Part shown: piece after piece, positions 1-11,813 of the stretch | How the letters are laid out: each line of letters starts with the position of its first letter | Position numbering within the stretch: the stretch's first letter is position 1 | Assembly (NCBI GenBank): GCA_008690995.1 | Contig: VRMN01000005.1 | Location: forward strand, 806,001-870,000 | Source: Porphyridium purpureum | Lineage: Eukaryota | Reading direction: 5' to 3' | Length of the DNA stretch: 64,000 nt | The notes under the pieces: generated by a model | The model's input: the letters and a program-made list of their open reading frames with translations, nothing else | Databases searched by the model: none | Told to the model about the DNA's origin: nothing | Position numbers and translations under genes: made by a program

Positions 1-1
1 C

Positions 2-1129
2 GAGGTTGTTGTCCTGCATCATCTTTCGCATGGCAAACGCCAGCCCAAGCGTGATGGCTAGCGGGAGGCCTTCTGGAATGGCCACCACCACAATGGTCAC
101 CGCGTCAATGAAGAAGCGCAGCACCTCGGTGCCGTCCCAATTGCCCGTGTCTGCACTGTGCACAATCCACCGGATCATCGAGACAAAAAAGGTCAGTGTC
201 GCCATGATGATTCCGATCCAACCAATCTGCATGGCAAGCTTGTCCAGCCGCTCCTGCAGCGGCGTGGCTTCCGGCTCGACAATCAGTTGCGAGAGAATGA
301 TTCCCCACTGTGAACGCTCACCGACCGCAATCACTACCACAAAGCCGACGCCCTCCGACACGATGGTTCCAGAGAGCAAGAACGGGTCCTTCTCATGGTT
401 CTTGTTGATATCGACCACCTCGCCCGTCATGGCCGACTCGTTTGTCTTGAGGTTGGAGCCGTCGACGTACACTGCGTCGGCGGCAAGCTTGTCGCCGGCA
501 GTGATCTTCATAATGTCGCCGACCACCACTTCCTCTGCCGAGACGCGCAGGGTCTCGCCGTTGCGCAGCACTTGCACGTCATAGTTGTCTTTCACGGAGT
601 TTAGCTGGCGGAATTTTTTCTCCTTGGAGTAATCAATGCACGCCTGCACGGTGACCACGACGGCAATCACGGCAACGATAGCAATGCCTTCAATGTAGCC
701 GTACTCCTCGCGCTTTTCCGGCACTGCGAGCCCAATGGTGAGCGAGATGATGGCCGCGACGCACAGGATAAGGACCGTGATGTCATGAAAGGCCTCCCAG
801 ACGAGCACGAAAAAGTTTTTCGGCGGCGGGTACCGAAACTTGTTTGGCCCAAAGGCGCGGCGGTGCACGTCGAGCTCGTCGTCATTTGTGGTCATGCCCT
901 TTGTCTTGGACGACTTGAGCGCCGCGAGCAGGCCGTCGACGCCGCCCATTTCGGCGAGCGCCGGCTTGTCGCGCTCCTCGATCATGTTCACGAGCGCCTC
1001 TGCGGACACGCCGAACGTTGCCGCGGCGGCCGGGTCCAGCGGCGGTGGCTCATTCTGCACGCCCTTCTTCAGCGCGGCGTGCGGCTGGTCATCCTCGTCA
1101 TCCTCCTGCTTGCGTCCAAAGCACCCCAT
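2..1129 (-). CDS. P2B-type Ca2+-transporting P-type ATPase (PMCA/ACA family), 5' part; runs off window start
   Basis: Absent from ORF track (no stop in window). Manual translation from ATG 1129: MGCFGRKQ...GGVDGLL...FGPNKF...VVGDI...NESAMTGE...PFLLSGT...TPLQERLDKLA...VTIVVVAIPEGLPLAITLGLAFAMRKMMQDNNL. TGE and PEGLPLA motifs in P2B context. Confidence 0.95.
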   Translation of the reverse strand, partial: MGCFGRKQEDDEDDQPHAALKKGVQNEPPPLDPAAAATFGVSAEALVNMIEERDKPALAEMGGVDGLLAALKSSKTKGMTTNDDELDVHRRAFGPNKFRYPPPKNFFVLVWEAFHDITVLILCVAAIISLTIGLAVPEKREEYGYIEGIAIVAVIAVVVTVQACIDYSKEKKFRQLNSVKDNYDVQVLRNGETLRVSAEEVVVGDIMKITAGDKLAADAVYVDGSNLKTNESAMTGEVVDINKNHEKDPFLLSGTIVSEGVGFVVVIAVGERSQWGIILSQLIVEPEATPLQERLDKLAMQIGWIGIIMATLTFFVSMIRWIVHSADTGNWDGTEVLRFFIDAVTIVVVAIPEGLPLAITLGLAFAMRKMMQDNNL

Positions 1130-1765
1130 TCCGTCCTCCTCCCTCCGATGCTATGCACGTGCACTCCCACACCAACCCCCTTCCCACACTTGAACACCCC
1201 CACCACGTTCCCGACTCTTTCGCCCTCCCCAAGCTAGCCCACACACGCGTGCTTCAAATACCCGACATGCATGCGCACGCGGCACAAACCACGCGCCAGC
1301 CGCACTTTACACAGCACGGCTTAATGCAACAACTCGCCGCTGCCGGTACGCGACCAGCTCAGGGAACTCTTGTCGCGTCAGTGCGTGCGTGCGAGTGAAT
1401 GGATGGATGGATGGAAGGGTGGGTCAAACCGTCACGTGCCTGTTCCTACAGCAATTCCCCTCAGCACCACCACCGCCATCCGCCAATCCCCATGTCCACT
1501 ATACCCCCCCACCCGTGCCCCTTCTCCCGCGCCTCTATCGCCCTCATAGACTCTCATAACCCCCAATCACCCCCGGAAAAAAAACCCACTAACGCCCAAA
1601 GCGTTTATTTGCTACACACACCCTCTCCCCGTATTCTTCAGTTTCTACCCTCGTCTATCAAACAGCGACTCTTTGAGTGTTTTGCGTGCTTTTGCTTGAA
1701 GCTTCTCCTCGCACGCAACACACACAAAACGCAGGCCGCCACTTTGTCATCATCATCATCATTAT

Positions 1766-1800
1766 GAAAATCACGAAAATCACGAAAATCACGAAAATCA
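1766..1800. repeat. 9-bp tandem repeat (GAAAATCAC) x~4, preceded by (CAT)n
   Basis: Read directly: gaaaatcacgaaaatcacgaaaatcacgaaaatca. Confidence 0.9.
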
Positions 1801-2973
1801 GCGGCATGAAGCTGCTGTTGATGATGATTCCTAGTCCTTGCTGCATATAGAATTTTGCCCTGCTTCCCGCGCTCATCATCATCATTCTCGTTATTTTCGT
1901 TATTTTCGTTGCCGTTTCCGTGCACGCGCCAGATCTGCATTACACCGCCACAGTACCCCACTGTACATAACGTGACTGCCGCCACAACCAGATATGAAGA
2001 CAAGTGAGTGAAGGCGGATGTGGGGGAGGGGAACCGAATCTGTGCGTGAGGGGTTGGCGACCGCTGTACGTCGTCGCTGTACTCGCGCCGTGTGGGTGGT
2101 GGTGTTGGACGCCGCAGCGAGCGCGCGGCGGTGTACATGGGTGTACAGCGGCGTGCATGCGTGGCGCGACAAATTCACGCGCGCCAAAGCGCTAACGGCG
2201 CGGCTTACATTTTGAATCGTGGCAAGATTCGAGCCGCAGCTGGGTGGGGGGGCGGGGGGTGGTGGTGATTCGGTGGATTTGGTGCGGCAGGAGAGGGGGG
2301 ACGCGTGGCGTCATGGTTGGCGCATCTGGAGGCACACACGTGCGTGCTGCTGCAGGATCACCGGATTCGTTTTTCGTTCTGGGTTCTTGCTTCTCTTGGC
2401 TTTTGGGTTTTGGTAGATGTTGGGTATTCGGCTGCGTTGGGCGTGAGCAGAGCGAGTCGATGGTGGCAGATGCGGCAGAAATGATGAACCCCATAATGAA
2501 ACGTTAGGCGCGCATGTGGTTGCACTGCTGGTAGGGCGGTGACACCTCCTCCATCGTTCACGGGCTAGTACTGCCACCTTCGCATACAGACGCGCGCCTT
2601 TCTCGTTCTGCGTCCTTCCTGACTGATGTTGCACCGGTGGTTGTCACATGGTCGCAGCAGTACCGCGTCTCAAACCACGCGTTCGTGCGGGAGCAAGCCT
2701 TGACATAGATGCGTTCGCATGGAGGAAATAGAACGGGTTGAGGGGGAGGCTGATGATGCTGCGCTGAAAGAGGGGTGGATGGGCTGCGAAGCGGAACAGG
2801 CCTGGATGGGCGTCGGTGGGCTAATCGCGTTCGTGAGAGTGGGTGTGCCAGTGGCGTGTGTGTCAGGGCAGCTGGAAAGGAACTGGGCTGAGAGAGACTC
2901 TGGCTGACCGCGCCAGAAACAGACGAGGCGCGCTTGCGACGAGGGCGGCGACCACAGGTGGAGCGCCCGGTGT

Positions 2974-4767
2974 ATGGATGCCGCTCGACATGCAGGCATG
3001 GGCTCGTCTTCCTTCTTCTCCAACTCGACGCCGTGGCCGCGCCGCGCGCCGTACCCAGTGCCTCAGAACGTGCTGTCGCTGATGTCGGAGAACGCAGAGC
3101 ACGAGCTGATCCAGCTGGACGCCGCGCGCGTGTGGGATGCGGCCACACCCTCGGCCGGCTGGGACGCGCCGCACCACAAGGCCCTGTCCCAGGCCCTGTC
3201 AAACACCTCGCGCGGCAGCTCTTCGGCGCCGTCGTATGATGGCGAGCTGCGCAAGGAGTCTGACGCATCGCTCTGGGATTTGCCGGCGGTCGCGCCGCAG
3301 CCGCCAATTGTCGAAGCGCGCGCAGGCGCCGAGCAGCGCGTGACTGCTGCAGGGCGCAACGAGCAAGAAAACCTGCTTTCCGCGCCGCCGGCACGAGCTG
3401 CGAAGGCATCGTCACATGCGCGCTCGGATCACCAGCACGACGCGCTCGACACAGATTCAGAGCACGACGACGCAGACGCGCACGCTGGAGGCGTTCCAGA
3501 GTGCCAGCAGTTCCTACGTTCGGGCAAGTGCCAGTATGGACTGGCGTGCAAGTATGTGCACGTGCAGAAACCGAGATCCACGGATAAGGCCGCAAAAGGA
3601 ATGGATAGGAGAAAAGCGCGTTCCCATCGGGAGAGAGAAAGTTCCCATGACCCGTCGAGAAGCCGGTCTGGCGACCGAGGCCCCTTTTGTGATGGAAGCC
3701 CAAGAAGTAGTGGTAATGCCAGCGGCGGCGGTTCTGTTTACCCGCTCCGCGAGAATGCTGCCGACTGCCAGTACTACTTGAAAACCGGCAAGTGCAACTA
3801 CGGCTCTCGGTGCAAGTTCAATCACCCCACGCGAACAGAGAAGCTTGTGACTTCGCTGATTCGCCGAGATTGTTTTGACTTTGTGCAGTCCGGCATATGC
3901 CCATACGGCAAGTCTTGCAAGTATAACCACCCGCTTGCTGCGGACCTTGACCGCCTAGGTGCGCAGGCTTCAGTCGGCGAGGAGGGCGATGGGGCTGTCT
4001 CGAAGCCGTGCGCCGTCCCACAAGGACAAAAGAAGGCGCCTCGTGCGTTTGCTAGCGAAGGCATGAGCTCGCGCTCGTCAGGCTCGGTACCGAGCTCCAT
4101 ACCGGACTCGCCGCTCGTGCCGATGGCGAGGTCAGGAGCGCCGTGCGCCCCTAGATTGGGCGGGAGCTTGGCACATTGGGGAAATTCTTCTGTACATTCC
4201 AGCGAGATCTCGCCCGTGATGCGGCCTGTCATGGAAAGCGAGGCCGTTGATCAGCTTGAACTCGAGTCGCACCAATACCAGATCCAGCAGCGAAGTCTAA
4301 GTCGCTCTGGGCGTTTTTCGACAGAGATTGATCACGCGTTGCATCAGGACCTGGATCGGCAAGATCCGATAGGAGTGCCTCGTCTGGCGATGACAGGTGA
4401 ACTGTACGGAAGGGAGTCAACCTACAAAGAAGGTGCCGCCGGATTCGGAGAGCCATTGGGGATGTGGGCGAACACTGCGGCGTCCTCGCTCGACCTGCAT
4501 TACGCCCCCGCTTCGCGGAGGTCGACGTCATTGACCGAGTCGAGCGCGTTTGTGATGGGTCTCGCTAGCATGCAGATTAGGACTGGTGCCGACGGCAACT
4601 TTGCAGAGAACCAAGGGACTGAAAGTTCTCGAGGCAGAGGCGCCGATGCGCTACGAGCCGGTGCACCTTTCGCGAATGCGGTGCAATACCGCCTGTTCAA
4701 CGGGCGCGATCAGGACCGCGTGGTTGCGTCCGGGACGCCGTCCTTGTTTTCGTTTTGGACAGGCTAG
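2974..4767 (+). CDS. CCCH-type zinc finger protein (3 fingers), probable RNA-binding
   Basis: CQQFLRSGKCQYGLACKYVH, CQYYLKTGKCNYGSRCKFNH (after YPLRENAAD), CFDFVQSGICPYGKSCKYNH. Start could also be 2998. Confidence 0.88.
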   Translation: MDAARHAGMGSSSFFSNSTPWPRRAPYPVPQNVLSLMSENAEHELIQLDAARVWDAATPSAGWDAPHHKALSQALSNTSRGSSSAPSYDGELRKESDASLWDLPAVAPQPPIVEARAGAEQRVTAAGRNEQENLLSAPPARAAKASSHARSDHQHDALDTDSEHDDADAHAGGVPECQQFLRSGKCQYGLACKYVHVQKPRSTDKAAKGMDRRKARSHRERESSHDPSRSRSGDRGPFCDGSPRSSGNASGGGSVYPLRENAADCQYYLKTGKCNYGSRCKFNHPTRTEKLVTSLIRRDCFDFVQSGICPYGKSCKYNHPLAADLDRLGAQASVGEEGDGAVSKPCAVPQGQKKAPRAFASEGMSSRSSGSVPSSIPDSPLVPMARSGAPCAPRLGGSLAHWGNSSVHSSEISPVMRPVMESEAVDQLELESHQYQIQQRSLSRSGRFSTEIDHALHQDLDRQDPIGVPRLAMTGELYGRESTYKEGAAGFGEPLGMWANTAASSLDLHYAPASRRSTSLTESSAFVMGLASMQIRTGADGNFAENQGTESSRGRGADALRAGAPFANAVQYRLFNGRDQDRVVASGTPSLFSFWTG

Positions 4768-5271
4768 ACGGCAGCTGTGCTGATCCATTTTTGCGTTGGT
4801 CAGCCATTGGCTTTTTCTCTTTCACTAGTGTAGTTTGCACATATATGTGTGTGAGTGTGTGTAAGTGTGTGTGTGAGTGAGTGTGTGAGTTTGTGTTCCC
4901 ATGTATGTTTGTGATTCATAAACCAGCCGTGAACTTCAACCGCCTCAGCCCCTTGCAATCAAGCAGCGGTAAAATAAAAATCGCTTTGGAAGAAAACTCG
5001 CATAGTGTACAGTACTGGGTGTTCAGTTTGGCGGTGCAGCGCATGCGCGCGTCAGCCAGCACAGCGCGCGGCTCGCTGCTGCTGGCTTGGAGTGGGGATA
5101 CACGGCGTTGACGTCGACGCCAGCGCCAGTGCGGTGGACACAGTGTGTGCGACACTTGATCTACAGCGACACCCGCGCTGGTCGACCACGCGGAATCGTC
5201 AAGTGTGGGCTGCGTCGTTGCGTCGCTGCTCGGATACCGCCGTTGCGGCTCCGCGCGGTTGCGGTTGCGTC

Positions 5272-6852
5272 ATGCTTGTGCGCGTGCGCATGCCGGACGG
5301 CACCACGCTGCGCCTACCGGTAGAGCCGAATGATAGTGTGGAGCAGGTGGTCGCCAAGCTGCGCGACACCAAGAAACTCGATGAAGACGCCGGAATCAAG
5401 CTGTTTTCTGACGCGCGCTTTCTCAGTGAGCTGCTGCCTCTGTCGGCGACACTCAAGGAGCACGCCGTCGCGCACGGCGACTTCCTGTACGTGCAGGGTG
5501 CTATGATTGATGCGAAGGTGCCAGCGGATAATTCTGGAGCAAGTGCGAGCACAGAGCGCGCCGCTTCTGCGGCGAGGTCGGCGTCACAGGGAGAACCATC
5601 CCCGGCGGGCCCAAGTGAGAATCGCGATCACGCGGCGAATGGACGCGCTCACGAATTCAACTCGCCGGAACTGGAGACAGCAGCTGAGAAGCGCTCCACC
5701 CTGTCGTCGCATTGTCGGCATGGACCCCGGGGCATGTGTGAGCAGTGTGGCGGAGAACCAGCGGAAACGCGCTCGCTGGGTCGATGCAAGCACAGCCCCC
5801 GCGGTATGTGCGAGCATTGTATGCCCAAAGAGGATCCACGCGAGCGGTACAAGCGCGAGTTAGAAAAATGGAAAGGACGCAATTATGCCGGAACCTCTAT
5901 TGCAGTCATGGAGGCGCTAGAAGCGCTGCAGTTCAAGATCAAGCCCCAGGATTCTGCAAATGTGCTTGCCGTGTCTGTGGATCAAAGTTCGGCCAACTCA
6001 TTTCAGGCATACCTTGCACACGTCGGCTTTTCGCAGCAGCGTTTTGGGTTCATGTATGGAACTAAGACAGACGACAGTGTCGTTATGATAGAGGCAATTT
6101 ACGAGCCCCCACAGTGTGGAGACCACGAGGCGTACGCCCCCATCGCAGGCACTTTTGATGAGCAACAAAGTTCCGCAGCCGCCGTTTTAGATGAGCGCGC
6201 ACAGAGAATCGCAGAATATTTGTCCATGGCTCGTATGGGCGTGATCTTCTCGGCCAAGCCGCGAAAGTGCATTCTGTCAGGTGCGGATGTATTGTTCTGC
6301 GCCAAGTGCATCGTGGAGGAGGAGGAGCGCTTTGGTGCGGAGCACGCCAAGTCGTTTGTGATCATTAATGTGGCGCTCGCAGCGGATGGGTCTGTGATGT
6401 TTGAGGCGTACCAGCTCAGCGATCAATGCGTAGAAATGTACAAGGCTGGTGTTTTCCTCGAGGAGCAAAAGCCCAACTCGGGCCGGGTGAAGACACGCGA
6501 CGCGGTCATTGTGGAAGGCAAAGAGACCAACTCGGTCCACAGCGAGTTTTTCCTAATCAGCATCCCGATCCGCGGGCATGACTCATGGCTCCGGTGTAGC
6601 TTTCCGGTGGAGAATCGAGACCTCAAGCCTCAGGGCCAGGACGATGTGGTGCGCAGCGTGACCAAGCACAAAGACGTGCCATTCCACGAGCAGCTCGCGG
6701 ACTACCACCAGCTGCTGTACCTGTGCAACGTGTTCGACCTGCACACGGACATGCCGACCATCTGCGACATTGCGCTGAAGAAGCGGGAGCCGAGCGACAC
6801 GGAGCACGGATACAAGCTCATGTTCGACGCTCTGGCCAGTGGCACGCACTAA
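5272..6852 (+). CDS. NPL4: NPL4, Cdc48/p97 cofactor
   Basis: N-terminal ubiquitin-like [11 protein letters not shown], CxHxPxGMCExC fingers, [31 protein letters not shown]. Start set at first plausible ATG. Confidence 0.92.
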   Translation: MLVRVRMPDGTTLRLPVEPNDSVEQVVAKLRDTKKLDEDAGIKLFSDARFLSELLPLSATLKEHAVAHGDFLYVQGAMIDAKVPADNSGASASTERAASAARSASQGEPSPAGPSENRDHAANGRAHEFNSPELETAAEKRSTLSSHCRHGPRGMCEQCGGEPAETRSLGRCKHSPRGMCEHCMPKEDPRERYKRELEKWKGRNYAGTSIAVMEALEALQFKIKPQDSANVLAVSVDQSSANSFQAYLAHVGFSQQRFGFMYGTKTDDSVVMIEAIYEPPQCGDHEAYAPIAGTFDEQQSSAAAVLDERAQRIAEYLSMARMGVIFSAKPRKCILSGADVLFCAKCIVEEEERFGAEHAKSFVIINVALAADGSVMFEAYQLSDQCVEMYKAGVFLEEQKPNSGRVKTRDAVIVEGKETNSVHSEFFLISIPIRGHDSWLRCSFPVENRDLKPQGQDDVVRSVTKHKDVPFHEQLADYHQLLYLCNVFDLHTDMPTICDIALKKREPSDTEHGYKLMFDALASGTH

Positions 6853-7118
6853 CGTCACGACGCACACACACCAGATATGCCACAGAACACCCAGGGTACA
6901 GTAAACACCTTGCCGAAAGCCGAGCTGTACACTACGAGCAAGCGGTAACTGTACCTTCCAACGGGGATGGGCGAGTCGGGTGGACGTTGTTGTGCCAGGA
7001 CGCCGATGAGGACGCGAGCTTCCCCCGATCGACTGGAGCGGTCGAGGCAGCGCTACAGAGTTGCTGGGCACCGATCGGGCGCGCGCCGCGGGCAGAAAAC
7101 TACGTTTCCTTGTTGGAT

Positions 7119-8294
7119 ATGGCCGGGACGGGTGGCGTGATGCGGCTATCTGCGCGCCGACGCGCGCTTGCGCAAGGATGGACCGCGCATGCCGGCTCTG
7201 GCGCCATGCTCGGCGCGGCAGTGCGGCGCGAGTTGTACGGAGCGCGCGGCGTGCACGCTTCGGCTGCGGCACGCGCGCCGACAACAATGGCCGTGCGTGA
7301 CGCGCTCAACTCGGCCATGGAGGAGGAAATGGCCCGGGATTCCACGGTGGTGTTGCTCGGTGAGGAGGTGGGTGAGTACCAGGGCGCGTATAAGGTGACG
7401 CGAGGCCTGTTGCAGCGGTTCGGATCCAAGCGTGTGATCGACACCCCCATCACCGAAGCCGGCATTGCGGGCGTCGCGACTGGTGCGGCTTTTGCTGGCG
7501 TGCGGCCCATCTGCGAGTTTATGACGTTCAATTTTGCCATGCAGGCCATGGATCAGATTGTCAACTCCGCTGCCAAGCACCACTACATGTCTGCTGGAAA
7601 CGTCAAGTGCCCAATCGTGTTCCGCGGGCCCAACGGATCGGCGGCCGGTGTGGCTGCACAGCATTCGCAATGTTTTGCGGCGTTCTACGGCTCCGTCCCT
7701 GGCCTAAAGGTCGTGTCAGTGTACGATTCAGAGGATGCACGCGGGCTTCTCAAGCATGCGATCCGAGACCCAAACCCGGTGCTCGTGCTGGAGCACGAAA
7801 TTATGTACGGCGAAAAGTTTGAGCTTTCGGACGAAGCGATGCGAGAAGACTTTTTGATTCCGTTCGGCAAGTGCAAGATTATGCGCGAAGGCACGGACGT
7901 AACAATTGTTGCGCTTGCCGCGGCCGTGGGCAAGGCAATCAAGGCCGCAGATGCTCTTAAGAAGGATGGCATTTCGGCGGAGGTGATCAACTTGCGTTCC
8001 ATCCGACCGCTGGATCGCGCGGGCATCATTGCATCCGTTCAGAAGACGCATCGCCTCGTCACTGTGGAAGAAGGATGGCCGCAGAGTGGCGTTGGTGCTG
8101 AAGTGATCGCATCCATCGCCGAGTCGGACGCGTTCTGGTCGCTCGACGCGCCCATCGAGCGTGTGGCAACTTGCGACATGCCCACGCCATACGCCAAGCC
8201 TCTGGAGGACGCCTGGACTCCACAAATTCATGACATCGTGCAGGCCGTCCACGCTTGTCTCGGCAAGGTTAACCAAGCCAGAATCTTACCATGA
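7119..8294 (+). CDS. PDHB: Mitochondrial pyruvate dehydrogenase E1 beta subunit
   Basis: [49 protein letters not shown]. Arg/Ala-rich presequence; start 7119 or 7140. Confidence 0.96.
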   Translation: MAGTGGVMRLSARRRALAQGWTAHAGSGAMLGAAVRRELYGARGVHASAAARAPTTMAVRDALNSAMEEEMARDSTVVLLGEEVGEYQGAYKVTRGLLQRFGSKRVIDTPITEAGIAGVATGAAFAGVRPICEFMTFNFAMQAMDQIVNSAAKHHYMSAGNVKCPIVFRGPNGSAAGVAAQHSQCFAAFYGSVPGLKVVSVYDSEDARGLLKHAIRDPNPVLVLEHEIMYGEKFELSDEAMREDFLIPFGKCKIMREGTDVTIVALAAAVGKAIKAADALKKDGISAEVINLRSIRPLDRAGIIASVQKTHRLVTVEEGWPQSGVGAEVIASIAESDAFWSLDAPIERVATCDMPTPYAKPLEDAWTPQIHDIVQAVHACLGKVNQARILP

Positions 8295-8520
8295 TGACAA
8301 GGAGGTGTGGCACTGCGAATCTCGCGAGCGAAACATAGACGACGCGCTGGGGGCCTGTGAGCTGTGACTTATAAACGGTATGCGCTATTCCTGTAAATCC
8401 TATTGCTCTCCTTTTGGCAGACGCAGCCGCGCCAGGTCATAACGCACATGTGCAGCTCTCGTTCCTTGCGGCCGAGAGCGTCAAGGATAGACACGACCGG
8501 GGCACTTGGCGTTGCAAACG

Positions 8521-8961
8521 ATGGGCTTTATCCTCACCGAGGCGGGCCGCATGCTGCGACTAACATCGGTGGTATTTGTGGTGCTCGAGTACGTGGGTTC
8601 CCTGACCGTTTGCGTAGGCGCCTCGATGGCACCCACGATCGCCGAGACTGGCGGCGACTATGTATTACTGGACAAGATGAGCCATCGCTTGCATGGCGTG
8701 CGAAAGGGTGACGTGATTGTAGCGCGCTGCCCTTACGACCCGCGGCTAGATATTTGTAAGCGCGTGGTGGCGGTCGAAGGCGAGACCGTGCAGCGTGGCC
8801 GCAAGCAGGTCTATATACCAAAGGGACACATCTGGGTAGAAGGCGACAATAAGAGCAACTCGAACGACTCGCGCCACTATGGTGCCGTTCCACTTGGGCT
8901 TGTATTTGGTCACGTCAGGTATCGCGTGTGGCCGCTGGATCGACGCGGTATGATCGAGTAG
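8521..8961 (+). CDS. IMP1: Mitochondrial inner membrane peptidase subunit 1 (S26)
   Basis: GASMAPT (catalytic Ser), ICKRV (Lys), IPKGHIWVEGDN, SNDSRHYGAVP, RVWP. Confidence 0.9.
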   Translation: MGFILTEAGRMLRLTSVVFVVLEYVGSLTVCVGASMAPTIAETGGDYVLLDKMSHRLHGVRKGDVIVARCPYDPRLDICKRVVAVEGETVQRGRKQVYIPKGHIWVEGDNKSNSNDSRHYGAVPLGLVFGHVRYRVWPLDRRGMIE

Positions 8962-9018
8962 ATGGGGCATTTCGCAGACTACACATCCATATTTTTTTCT
9001 TGAGTTTTTCTTATTTCT

Positions 9019-10524
9019 TCAGATTTTACTGCTGGCGGTTTGCAATGGTGGCGGGCTCCCTCCAGCCGCCGGCTTGAATTGCACAATAATCGCGGTCATG
9101 TTGTCACCGCCAAGACCAGATGTACGTCGCGGGTCGTCGGCAATACATGCATCGAAAATGTCTTCACATATCTGCGACAGTGTCCTACTCCCAGACAAGA
9201 CCCGCGCACGAACAAAATCTACGGCTTGCTGTTCGGTGAGGACGTCCCAAATGCCGTCGCAACCCATGACCATAAATTCATCGGTATCACCAAGTTCAAC
9301 ACGCATGATATCCGGTTCTGCCGTGATCATCTGCGCCTCGCGTGGTACGTTTTTGTTCTGCTTGTACTTCAGGTCACCGATCGCACGCGACAAATTTAGA
9401 TTATTGTTCACGCGACCCACATGGTTTACAAACCCGCCGGCTTTTTCAATGCGCGCAGTCTCCTCAGGCAAGCCCGGTTTGTGTTCAAAGGAAAGCGGCA
9501 CTGCGCAACCTCCACGAGAAAGCACAGCCTTGGAGTCTCCCGCATTGGCCACGTACAAAGAATTATCGATCAGCAAGGCCACCACGGACGTGCTCCCGGC
9601 GATGATCGGGTACTCTTGCAACCGGCAAATGTGATTCAAACGGTCGCTCTCTGCTTGCGCTCGTGCCTCATCACTTTCATGCGTTAGCTGCTGATCTTGC
9701 TCTGCAGATCTCGAACATCCATCTGGCCCGTCTCCTAGCACTTGCTCTGGCCCTCGCTTTGATACAGCCTGCTCATGATCCATACCCTGGCGCTCAACGT
9801 ACTGCTGCAATAGATCTAGGGCATGTTGCAAACTTTCTTGCGAACCACTGTCGCCCTGAGTCGCCGCGTCCGGCATTTGCAACGGCTCCTGTGGAGGCGC
9901 GGGCAAGTAGATCACGTCACCAGCCTCACGCTCCACCATGGCGCCTTCAAGACTAGACGAGCGTGGATCTGCCGAAACAGCGGCCGCACCTGAATCCGCC
10001 GCAGCATCTACTCGGTCAAGATCGGCACTTTCCGCACCGCCAGTGTCCGCCCTGTTCTCAATCGCCGCACGCTTCTCCGACGGTCGCGGTGCGACTTGCC
10101 GGATTTCATTGACATCGTTCATGAGCGATCGTATCTCGGGGTGATTCTGCTCGTCGCGGATCATTTCGTCCATTCTGTGGAAAACGTCTCGAAGCGCCTG
10201 CTCAAAGTCACCGCTTTGAAACGCTGCGGAGCTTCGCAGCTCGCGCGCGAAATGCCGCTTGCAAAATAGCGCGATCTCGCGCCCGCCGTGTCCGTCAAAC
10301 ACTCCAAACAGTGCCGCGCGGTTGGCCTTCATGGAACCTTCCGATACGGCGGCCGTGCCCTTGTCATCGTTCGTGCGACCTTGCTGAAGGTTTAGGTGAG
10401 CAATGTGGGCGTCCTCCATGTGCAGGCGCCAGCCCTGCATGCTCGACGCGCCATACTGCAACCCGCTCCCACTTGCTTCCTCCGACGACTTTTCGGTCAC
10501 GGGACGCGACAGAAACGCGCCCAT
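9019..10524 (-). CDS. Protein phosphatase 2C (PPM1G/Ptc2-like, with internal acidic insertion)
   Basis: MGAFLSRP, SMQGWR..MEDAH, GVFDGHGG, VANAGDS, LNLSRAIGD, GCDGIWD, GGDNMT. Confidence 0.95.
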   Translation of the reverse strand: MGAFLSRPVTEKSSEEASGSGLQYGASSMQGWRLHMEDAHIAHLNLQQGRTNDDKGTAAVSEGSMKANRAALFGVFDGHGGREIALFCKRHFARELRSSAAFQSGDFEQALRDVFHRMDEMIRDEQNHPEIRSLMNDVNEIRQVAPRPSEKRAAIENRADTGGAESADLDRVDAAADSGAAAVSADPRSSSLEGAMVEREAGDVIYLPAPPQEPLQMPDAATQGDSGSQESLQHALDLLQQYVERQGMDHEQAVSKRGPEQVLGDGPDGCSRSAEQDQQLTHESDEARAQAESDRLNHICRLQEYPIIAGSTSVVALLIDNSLYVANAGDSKAVLSRGGCAVPLSFEHKPGLPEETARIEKAGGFVNHVGRVNNNLNLSRAIGDLKYKQNKNVPREAQMITAEPDIMRVELGDTDEFMVMGCDGIWDVLTEQQAVDFVRARVLSGSRTLSQICEDIFDACIADDPRRTSGLGGDNMTAIIVQFKPAAGGSPPPLQTASSKI

Positions 10525-10888
10525 CTCCTAAACGCGCCCACGCAAGTCACCACTCCTCTGTGTTCTTACCACGTTTGCGGACTCTCAGTCGCGCGCAGCC
10601 GTGATGAATGACCGGCTCTCGCTTTCATCCAAGCTTTGTGGCGCCGTGACGTGTTTCGCGCGGTTGGCTTTGAAATGTCGGCGGAGCGTGATGACTTGAA
10701 GACCAGAGCCGCGTTGGCGCTTCGCTAGAAAACACCCGATTCTCATTCGCAACCTGCGGAGGCCAAGTTGCGCGTTTGGGGGCTCTGGCTGTGAGCCGAT
10801 GCACCTTTATCTCAAACAAACCATTGCTCTCGTGACTAGCTCGTCCGGATTCATGAACGGTTCAGGAAGTGGCAGCAAGAGGACGAGA

Positions 10889-11664
10889 TTATGAGGATGC
10901 CTGGTCCACGCCGTCCGGACCCGAGCTTTCTTCTACGTACGAAGCCACTGCGTCAACAAAATCGCTTCGGGAAACCACGTAAAACTGCTCGCGACGCAGC
11001 TGCTGCAAGAACATGCCCGTGTTGGACCCGAGGATGATTTTCACCGTGGGGGCGTTAGGCTTGCTCTTGCTCGTTCGCGGCCGCCTGCTCACGTGCCAAA
11101 TCAGGCCTGCACGTGACGATTGTTCGAAGCATTTCAGCCAGAAACGAAAGCGGACGACGAAAATCGCAAAGAACGAGAACAAAAGTAAAGGATTGGCGTG
11201 TATCACGGCGCGTTCAACAATGCGGGAAAGAGACAGTTAGAGACTTGATTCTTTGTTATCACGAACGCCCACACTTGCAGGCCGGAAATTCAAAGTAGAG
11301 CGTGCCCGCGTTTTGCTTTCTTTCGTTTGCACCCGGAACTCGATCGGCTCTGCGTTGCGCTGGCGCTGTTGTTTGGCCCGGCTCGAGCGCCGTGCTCCAT
11401 CAGGCATGGAACAAGAATCGCAATGCAACCTGCGGGCCGTGTCGAGACGCATCCGCTTTGAACTGAACTACGTCGCTACGTGCATGCCTAAGCACACCCG
11501 CGGAACTTACCTTGATCGCGCGGCACGTTGTTCGCCACGGCGTGAATCTGAAAGTTGTGTCGCGCGTTTGGCTTCTCGTCAGTGTCGCTCCACATATACA
11601 CAACGGACGCGGTGGGCTCAAAGTCGAGCGCGTCCTGCTCCACCTCATTCTCCGGTTGCGCCAT
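10889..11664 (-). CDS. Two-exon small hypothetical protein (~123 aa; exons 11664-11511 and 11106-10889)
   Basis: ATG 11664 gives MAQPENEVEQDALDFEPTASVVYMW...PRDQ, then donor G|GTAAGT at 11510 and acceptor TGCAG|G at 11107. The phase-1 join restores frame into ORF 10889..11206 (GLIWHVSRR...). Confidence 0.6.
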
Positions 11665-11813
11665 GACGCCGCCAACGGCTTGTCCCTGCTCCTCACCACC
11701 CTGCCGTGCGACCTAAACACCAACGCTCGTCTCCCACACGTCCACACTTCGTCTCACGTGTCACACTCGCAGCTCGCACGTCGCGCCGCCGCTTCACATG
11801 ATCAGGCAGCTTC

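Noticed and set aside
6..584. 192-aa plus-strand ORF, and other long antisense ORFs (e.g. 2558..3703, 28059..28997, 36722..37891, 43056..44216)
   Set aside because: Shadow ORFs opposite real GC-rich genes, with no motifs of their own.
5005..5271. GTG/TTG-started N-terminal extensions in the ORF track (also PDHB, TerC, GPAT, bZIP, PSMD9, ABC1K)
   Set aside because: Nuclear eukaryotic genes; starts were reset to plausible ATGs.
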